Source: Eukaryota sp. TZLM1-RC
Lineage: Eukaryota; Protista; Metamonada: BaSk clade
Length of the DNA: 64,000 nt
Reading direction: 5' to 3'
Assembly: GCA_040285825.1 (NCBI GenBank)
Contig: JAUPSS010000003.1
Coordinates: 558,001-622,000, forward strand
Shown piece after piece: positions 56,126 through 64,000 of the stretch. The notes below the pieces were generated by a model, which was not told where the DNA came from, did not search any database, and saw only the letters and a list, made by a program, of their open reading frames with translations. The position numbers and the translations under genes are program-made. Numbering within the stretch: the stretch's first letter is position 1; each line of letters begins with the position of its first letter.

Positions 56126-56999
56126 TTTGTTTTTTAGTTATAAAATTAACAGTATGAAAATAAACAATAAATAAATGTATTTGATATTACTGCACAGGTA
56201 ATGCTTGTAGATGATGTCCAATATTGACGAGATCATAAGACCGTAGTGTTGCATATCACATTAGGGTATAGTAAGTTTGGAAGCCTATTGCAGGTTTACA
56301 TCTCCTACATTGCATGAATAGCGTTTAGAGAACAAACTAAAAATTTACATGTAAATTCTTTATTATTTTTCTTTTGTGCACTCATATAACGGTTTTGCTA
56401 ATAACTTTTTTATTTTTTCTAATAATTGCTGCTACAAATTTTACACACATTATGATGCAATGAATCAAATTACATTGTTTGACGAGTAGTCAATGTAAAA
56501 ACGAAAACAGTGATGAGTTCAAGGAATTAATGAAACCTATACCTTATAATAATTATAAAAGCAATATATAAAAAGTCATCAAAAAATGATTGGTATAATT
56601 GATGAGGCAGTAATTAAGTGTCAACAATTGTCTACAATTGGATTGGTATACATTTGTTAATAAATGATCACTTGTTTGAAATAGCTATAAATAATGATCC
56701 ACCACAAAATGAAAAACACCTATTTCGCAAAGCTTTTTTTGTGGTTACATCACAAAGTAAGGCATTAAATTGACTTATTCTATGGCAAAAACTTTACGAA
56801 TTTGTTGTGTTACTATTACCAAATTTTGAAAGACAAATTTGTTCCAATAGTTCTTAAAAAGAGCAAAAGGTAACATTTTGTGCTACGCAAATGATAAATT
56901 GATTTTGAATATCAAAAAAAATATCAAGAGTATGACTTCAACTATTTTGATGATTTTGTCGTTTATTTTGTACATTTTTTTGCTTAAATTGAAACAATG

Positions 57000-58170
57000 T
57001 ATTGATGCTGAAGATTGATCATCTTAGTGTTAATCACAAACAAAAAATGGATACAATTGGACTTGGAAGAATAGGAAATCTGATCTACTCTATTTTTCTG
57101 CCAATTTAGCTACTGGAATGACTCATTTAAAAAACCTGAGAGAGATAAATATGTTCATTTCAGGTATACTCAAAATCAACGAAGATTGAAGTCGAAAAAT
57201 TCCAAATTCCAAAGAACAAGAGACAGTAAACGGAATGACACTCTTATCACAATAAGTAAGTCTACTGGTAGAGTGATTGATCTATCCAATTATGAACCAT
57301 CTGAAGAGCAACAACAAAGGACGCATTTAAACAGCAGTATAATTAATCAAATGACTGAAAGAACAATTAGTTTATTAAGAGGAAAAGTATCTCAAGAAAT
57401 CAATATTCCCCACGAAATTGATAACTCGTTAAATTTGAGAAAGAATGAACAAAAAACTAAATCTGTAGCAGAATGGGAAGCAACTTTATCCCAATTCAAT
57501 TCCAAAACCTGCAGGTTTAACAGATTTATGGCATATATTAAACAAAAGAATTATGTGAATATTACCATTGGTGAAGTCTATCATCAAAGAAATATTTAGG
57601 AAACAAAGATGGTGGGCTGAGATTAATCGCACAAGATCTGAGGCGAAGATGATTCAGAGATTCAAATCAGTAATTGGTGATGCCATCCAAGTAGTTATTG
57701 GAATCGGAAACTGGGAACAACGAAAACACATGAAATTCAAAGAACCTACCAAAGAAAAAGGTTTGAGAATTCTATTTAAAAAGGCTCGTTATAAGGTCTT
57801 TTTGATTGATGAGTTTCGAACCAGTTGCTGTTGTTTCAACTGTAAGAAAGCTGAGAAAACAGTTGAAACATTCCGATGGTGCAGAAATCCTAGGCCATGG
57901 AAGAGGCATGAGATGTCCATTCGTCACGGGCTTACCATGTGTAAATCATGCGAAAGTTTGTGGAATAGAGATCAAGATGCTGCGCTGCATATGTTGGCAG
58001 TGATGGAAGCACATGTAAAAGGTGGAGATAGACCGGAATACCTGCAGAGAATTAAGGTTGACAAAGGTTCAAAGAAAAAGGTGTCAAGGGGAAAATCTTC
58101 CAAAAAAACTCAGTCCCTCAACATCGGTGTAAAAGGACACTTATTGCATTGTTTTAGACAATATATGTAA
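57000..58170 (+). mobile_element. Fanzor1 pseudogene, RuvC-I to C-terminus (possible N-terminal remnant at 56520-56900)
   Basis: KSDLLYFS, FRYTQNQRR, FNSKTC..FMAYIK, FRKQRW, IGIGNWEQ, EPTKEKGLR, LIDEFRTSCCCFNC, HGLTMCKSC, WNRDQDAA, RPEYLQR; frameshifts near 57075 and 57590. Confidence 0.92.
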
Positions 58171-58173
58171 CTA

Positions 58174-59022
58174 ATGGACACACTCGTCTCTCCTCTTGGA
58201 AACCTTTCTGACAGTAATAACATTTCTATCAGTGCTGCCACTGCTCTCAAAAAGGAATCTGCAATAGAGTTTCTGGACCATCTCGTTCCTTCACGTGCAT
58301 TCTCACCTATCGAGCAAACTGCAAACTTATCATGTGGATGTGCAGTGTTGGACTCCCTTCTGTCTCCATGTGTGTATCCTGGCTCAATCCTTGAACTTTC
58401 TGGACTAGCTGGTGCAGGGAAAACTCAACTCGCATACCAACTTTTGGTTTGCAACGTGTCTGACACCACCTCTGCTCTCTATATCAAGACTGAAGGAGAC
58501 TTATCTATGGAGAGAATCCAACATATAGGTTCATTCAAAGGTTCTGAGTCCTTTCTTGATCACATTTTCATTTACGAATGCTCTTCTCTTTCAGAATTAG
58601 AACAACTGATGACGACCCAGCTGGAAGATATTGTGTGTAACAATAATGTTAGACTTTTGGTTTTAGATTCCATAGCTGGCTTATCTAGATTAAGTGGAGA
58701 AAATGATAGATTTTCTTTATTTTACACAATAACCAGTTTGCTGAAAAAACTTTCTTTTAAATATAAAATGCATGTAGTTATTATAAACCAAGTAACTGAG
58801 ACTAATCCATTCAATGATGATTCTAAAGTAATTTTACCTGCACTTGGAATGAGTTGGGGGTATTTGGTTAATAATAGACTAATGTTATTTAGAGAACACT
58901 CAGTCAGCTTGCAGGGAAATTCACTCAAAAGCAACAAAAGAGGAATTTTGTTCGGATCATTAGGAAAATTTGAATTTAATTACGAAATCAAAAATTCAGG
59001 TTTTGAAGCCATGTTTGTATGA
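58174..59022 (+). CDS. RAD51 paralog, XRCC3-like
   Basis: ELSGLAGAGKTQL, ALYIKTEG, LLVLDSIAG, VVIINQV, PALGMSW. Confidence 0.85.
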   Translation: MDTLVSPLGNLSDSNNISISAATALKKESAIEFLDHLVPSRAFSPIEQTANLSCGCAVLDSLLSPCVYPGSILELSGLAGAGKTQLAYQLLVCNVSDTTSALYIKTEGDLSMERIQHIGSFKGSESFLDHIFIYECSSLSELEQLMTTQLEDIVCNNNVRLLVLDSIAGLSRLSGENDRFSLFYTITSLLKKLSFKYKMHVVIINQVTETNPFNDDSKVILPALGMSWGYLVNNRLMLFREHSVSLQGNSLKSNKRGILFGSLGKFEFNYEIKNSGFEAMFV

Positions 59023-59056
59023 ATTAAATTCAATCATTACTTAAGTTAGGGTTAGA

Positions 59057-60463
59057 TTACTTATCATGACACGTCATCAGTACACGTGATGCTTGTAATG
59101 TTAATTCGTTAGTTTCTTGTAAATTTTCAGTTATTCTCTGCATTAATTGTAAATAACTAAATAAAGTATCTCTTGGCCATATAGTATCAACTCTTCTTGA
59201 TGGTAAAGTTTCTAAATTTCTCACTAATTGCTCACTTAATAAAGGTTTACCACTTTGAGAAATATAAAGCTGTTTTAAATGGAAATTAGAAGATGAATTC
59301 TCCCGAGGTCTAGGTCTAGTACTGTTTTTGAAGGTCATTTCAACATCATTCTGACCTTCTTCTTGACCAGGCTTGACCCCTAGCTCAAAATCTTTAAATA
59401 TCGAACTCTTTTCCCTTTTTAACTTTTTCTCTTCTCGAACACTTTGTTTCTTCATATCTTCGAAAGTCTTCACAATTAGACCAATAACTACATTGCGAAT
59501 AATAAAGGAGCCCAGCCAAATCCAAGAAAGGAAGTACAAAACAACAATTGCCTGTGGAACGTCATTCATTATGTCATTCATAACATGGAACCATTGATCA
59601 AAAGTGAATATTTGAAAAACTGCCAGAAATGCATTAGGGAGTGATTGAAACTTATACTGGTACCTCCTGGGAATTGGCGAATTCGAATAGTTTTCAAAAA
59701 TATAGATACCAATAATTGCATACATAAAAATAAACACGGATAAAAGTAAAACAAGTGACCCCAAAGCCTTTGCTGCCTGTAATACAGTATTGACAATTAT
59801 GCGCAGATTTCTAAATCTAACAATAGCTTTTAAAACACGAAGAGTCTTGAACAGACGTAATATGGTGATTACTTCCCTTAATTGATATGGATTAGGCGAA
59901 ACCAGAACGAATACTTCAGGGATAGCGGATATGATGGTAATAAAGAAGTCGAAGATGTTCCAGCCATCGTGCCAAAATTTCTTAAATGAATCAATCCATT
60001 TAAGACCAATTTCAGAGACAAAAACCAGCAGAGAAAATGTCTCAAACCATTCCATAATTTGGAGGTGTTGATGGTACTTAACTCTGTCCAGGTCCGTTGA
60101 AATTAGAAAAATTAGTCCGTTTAGAATGATGATGAGTAAGATGAAATTCAGAAATAATGGATGATTAACGAGCCAATTAGCCCATACTCCAATAGGAACA
60201 GAGTCTATATGACGCACCTTTGTCATCCTCTTGTCCATTGCTTGGTTGATTCTGCTACGTTTAAAATGCTTGAACTTGATGACGTGTAGAGGATGGTCAC
60301 GAAGGATTTTTTTAAAAGCTTCAGGATCCAGAGCAATATCTCGTGAACTCAAAAGAGGTACATCAGCAGCAACTGATGAAACATTGTCTGCTATTCGAAA
60401 GTCATCGACTAGCTTTTTACGAAATGAAGATGTACGAACAGAAAGGTCCGATTGTAGCAGCAT
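59057..60463 (-). CDS. CATSPER2: Single-domain 6TM cation channel, CatSper2-like
   Basis: DGWNIFDF, S4 LRLFKTLRVLK, pore TFDQW, WIWLGSFI.RN, C-terminal WPRDTLFSYLQLM. Confidence 0.8.
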   Translation of the reverse strand: MLLQSDLSVRTSSFRKKLVDDFRIADNVSSVAADVPLLSSRDIALDPEAFKKILRDHPLHVIKFKHFKRSRINQAMDKRMTKVRHIDSVPIGVWANWLVNHPLFLNFILLIIILNGLIFLISTDLDRVKYHQHLQIMEWFETFSLLVFVSEIGLKWIDSFKKFWHDGWNIFDFFITIISAIPEVFVLVSPNPYQLREVITILRLFKTLRVLKAIVRFRNLRIIVNTVLQAAKALGSLVLLLSVFIFMYAIIGIYIFENYSNSPIPRRYQYKFQSLPNAFLAVFQIFTFDQWFHVMNDIMNDVPQAIVVLYFLSWIWLGSFIIRNVVIGLIVKTFEDMKKQSVREEKKLKREKSSIFKDFELGVKPGQEEGQNDVEMTFKNSTRPRPRENSSSNFHLKQLYISQSGKPLLSEQLVRNLETLPSRRVDTIWPRDTLFSYLQLMQRITENLQETNELTLQASRVLMTCHDK

Positions 60464-60537
60464 ATCAAGTAAAGCAAGTAGATACTTTGAGTAAACAAGA
60501 GGAGAAAAGTTTACCCACTCTACCATTTTTTGAAAAC

Positions 60538-62420
60538 TCATACATCAACATCTAAATAATCCAACTCTCCCAAAACAAAACAACTAAATGCAACTCTCTC
60601 ATAGTGAGATCCAAGAGAAAGCAAAGCATCAGAAACCATCTTCAGCATCCCCTTGAAAATAGAAAACACAATTCTATTTTGCCAAAACAATCTTTTAAAG
60701 TTTCTAATGGTCCTTTTGTTCACAATCATTTCAAAATCTGCCAAAAAACGTACAGCAGTGGGAGCAAGTGAATCAAATAGAGAAAATACAAATGGATACA
60801 AATTGTATTTTGCATGCTGTTGGGTGGACAATTTGGATAAAGGTTCATTGTTTTTTTTGATTTTTAATTTTTCAATATTTGAAAGAGGAGTATGAATTTC
60901 AAAATTAGCAAGTCTTTCATTTGAGGCATTACAAACATCAACAGACATTACATCCAATCAAATGAAGGTTCCATCTAATCCTGGTAATATGACATCACCT
61001 CTATTATTCTTATGAAAATCATGGTCAGTATCAAACAGACTTGACAACAGAGGTTCCAAAAAGGATTCAATTCTATGAGACTTACACCTACAATATAATT
61101 GGTCTCTTACAGCATCATAAACCTTGCTTCCAAAGGTAATAAAATGTTGACAATTTAACAAATGAGTAATTGTAATTTTTCGACTGCATTTGCAAATTAA
61201 ATTATGAGGTAAATTATCAGGCCAGATAAACGAACGAAGTCTCATGTTGAAAGTCCCGGCAGAACCAGTTAAGAGAGTGCCATTTACTTGAGGAATTGTT
61301 GTTACTAAAGCAGAAGATGTACCATCACACATATCTTGTAAAAGATTTGCAAAAGCGGGATTATTTTTCTTGGCCAAGAAAAGTCTAACATCAAAAAACA
61401 AGCTTTCAAAAAGCTTTGACAATTTTTGTTGCTGGTTTTTAAAGCAAAACTGCAAATTAAAAAGAGATTGGTCAGGAATTTTTTTACCAAATTTGAAATT
61501 TAATTTCAACGCTAACAAAACATTAAACAAAAAACTAGAACTCAATATCCTCAATACACGCATCAACATCATCAAATCTTTTCAGCGCGCGATTTTCATA
61601 CTCTATTCCCAATTGTAACAGTGCTTTGGTCAACATTTCTGGAATTGCTTTAAGAATACTGAAAACAACTCTATTGTGCCAGAAATTGAAGTTCAATTCT
61701 TTTCCTGCTCTTTCTTTTATTAAACTTCTGAAACCTTCAAGAAATTTAGTGCCAGATATTCCAATGTTACCAAAAAGAGGAACAGCAAATGGAACCAACT
61801 GATACTTGACATGCTCAACACGTCCTAGCTGAGATAAGGGTTCATTGTACTTTTTGATTTTGCTCTTTTCAGCTAAGCAAAGTGGAGTTTCATCTCTTTT
61901 AGCAAAATCAATTGCTGAGTCTTTACAAACATCAACAGTGACAACATCAACAACTTTAATAACACCATCAGACCCAGGGGTAATTAAATCAGCACGGCGT
62001 TTCCCAAAAGTATTTTCATCTTCATTTTCAGATGACAACCTTCGCACAAGTGGTTCAACAAAAGCTTCAATGTGATGGCTTTTGCACATATCGTATAGGA
62101 ATTTCATGAATTGATTGGGGAAAACATTTGGTTCAGATTTGTGGTGGCAATCTTTTGAGCTCAGAAGATAACTCATTCAAATATGAACTGATATTTGGAT
62201 CTAACAAATGAGAATCTTCAGGAAATCTATGAAAAAATCATAAATGAAATTCTTGTCTCCACCCACAAAAACTGATTGACACAAAATAGAGGATATTGTA
62301 AATTACAACAACTGCAAAGTCTGCTGCAGATAATAACTCATTTTCCAATATTCCTCTTTCTACATCCAATAAATCAGCAAAGCATTCTATCCTCAATGAA
62401 TTAAAGGATCGACATAAACA
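60538..62420 (-). mobile_element. Subfamily A retrotransposon interrupted at 61482-62096
   Basis: QSIHEI|PDQSLFNLQF, CKC..HLLNC, RGDVILPG, ends DYLDVDV. Confidence 0.85.
61482..62096 (-). mobile_element. Subfamily B-related fragment nested in subfamily A with an 8-bp TSD
   Basis: RRADLITPG..DACIEDIEF; AGGAATTT at 61474-61481 and 62097-62104. Confidence 0.85.
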
Positions 62421-63074
62421 CATCGAATACAGGAGTCTAAATTATCAACATTCACATCACTTCAGTTAGACTTATCAACTCACATCCATTTGGCTGTAAC
62501 CTGCAAATGGAAAACAATATCTTATCGAAACTATTGGAAAAAACTCACTTGATGTCTTCCAAAGTATATTCAATTATCTTATCATAAACAACACAGAAAA
62601 GCTACATTTCTTTCTATTGATCATTTTAAAGGAGTCATGTTTAGAAGATTGACTTATTGAATTGACTAATTTTTTTGACAAACTGAAATATCCGAAAGAA
62701 TCGTGTAGGTGAAATTTGAGAGCCATCATGAAAAATTCTAGAATGGATATCAGCCCCTCACTTCTGTTTGCCCGCTGTGGAATAGAACCAAAATGTTGTT
62801 GTTAAAACATTAATTTTGACGCTACTGAAAAATCTTTCTACATTATCGCAACGGGCTGAAATCCACCCTTGGATCAATAGGCTGATCTTTATTCCGTCAA
62901 ATTCAGATAGATAGATAGAACTGCAATTATTGTGTTATTATCTACTTCAACATCAAGAATATAATAATGAAGAGCGCTGGCCAAAGAAGGAAAAAAGGAA
63001 TTCAGAAAAAATTCCAAAAAATCGATTTCATCGAGGTTTCCTTACATTTATCTTTCATTTTCTTGTATGCAACA

Positions 63075-63758
63075 ATGTGTTCTATGTTAGATGCATCTTC
63101 AGCCACACAGTTGGATCAAGAACTGTTTGAATTTTATTCACTGGAGCAACTTGTAGAGTTAGCTGGTCAATCTGCCGCCTTGGCTATCAACGAAGGATTG
63201 ATGATTTCTGGCAAAAACGTTTTGGTGGTTTGTGGTCCTGGCAACAATGGTGCTGATGGTCTTGTGGTAGCTCGTTATTTGCAGCAATTTGGGGCCAATG
63301 TTGATGTATGGGAGCCTAAAAGATCCAACAAAACCTCTTTTTTGCCATTACTTCGCCAACAGTTGGATTTGTTTGATGTAACTCTTTTGGAAGAGAATGC
63401 ATCTTTAGATTTTACCAAATATGAATTAATTGTGGATGCACTGTTCGGTTTCAGCTTCAAACCACCTACTCGACCCCCACTGGACCTGGTAGTTGAGAAT
63501 TTAGCAAACTCGAAAGTACCAATTGTTTCTATAGATGTACCATCAGGATGGGATGTAGATAAGGGCCCTCTTGGTCAGAACAATATCAGACCAATAATGC
63601 TTGTATCTCTTACGATTCCAAAACCATGCAGCATGTATCTTCCAGAGGATTGTCAGCACTTTTTAGGGGGAAGATTTGTCCCCATTGAGATATTGAAGAA
63701 GTATGGAATCTCATCGTTACCATATGAAGGCAGTGAAATGATACATAAACTCAACTAA
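63075..63758 (+). CDS. NAXE: NAD(P)H-hydrate epimerase (YjeF_N)
   Basis: QLVELAG, CGPGNNGADGLVVAR, IVDALFGFSF, SIDVPSGWDV, LGGRFVP. Confidence 0.93.
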   Translation: MCSMLDASSATQLDQELFEFYSLEQLVELAGQSAALAINEGLMISGKNVLVVCGPGNNGADGLVVARYLQQFGANVDVWEPKRSNKTSFLPLLRQQLDLFDVTLLEENASLDFTKYELIVDALFGFSFKPPTRPPLDLVVENLANSKVPIVSIDVPSGWDVDKGPLGQNNIRPIMLVSLTIPKPCSMYLPEDCQHFLGGRFVPIEILKKYGISSLPYEGSEMIHKLN

Positions 63759-64000
63759 ATCCAAAAATCGTTTTATATTACAAAAAGCTTTAGTCGGTTA
63801 AAAATACAATAATATTAAAAATAAAAAAACAATCAAATCTTTCGAAAACTACACTTTTTCATCGTTCTTTCCATTCTTTTTCGCATTCGTTCACCATGAA
63901 TGAATACTCTATCAGCCATTAGAGACGAAGGTTTTTTTAATGTTGATTTCCTTGGTTCTTCCATTGATGGTAATATGCTCTGAGAAGAACAACTACTGGT

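Noticed and set aside
62420-62750. HUH/Rep-like THIHLAV motif
   Set aside because: Isolated short motif; other frames are equally open and no catalytic Tyr motif was recognised.

Overview
AT-rich, gene-dense eukaryotic DNA in the standard genetic code (TAA, TAG and TGA all end host genes). It comes from a flagellated protist, judged from dynein-2 light intermediate chain, CEP43/FOP and CatSper2-like genes; a metamonad-like source is inference only. About 24 host genes are present, including RPC1, RRP5, HAS1, P5CR, NUP42, an XRCC3-like gene, NAXE, NSE4-like, bZIP, a NAM8-like RRM protein and an inverted pair of NmrA genes. Several carry 26-33 nt GT-AG introns with a fixed branch-point spacing. 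Intergenic space is filled with three kinds of foreign DNA. (i) About 17 fragments of at least four subfamilies of CRE-like non-LTR retrotransposons (RT, zinc knuckle, restriction-like endonuclease). Three are nested with target-site duplications at a GAAATT(C/G)C site, two of them at the same homologous position. (ii) At least six decayed Fanzor (eukaryotic TnpB-like) loci, some with candidate omega-RNA hairpins or conserved right ends. (iii) A decayed, intronless, virus-like gene block encoding an M16 (HxxEH) peptidase. No intact mobile-element ORF, tRNA, rRNA or CRISPR array was recognised. All protein assignments come from motif recognition by eye, not database searches.
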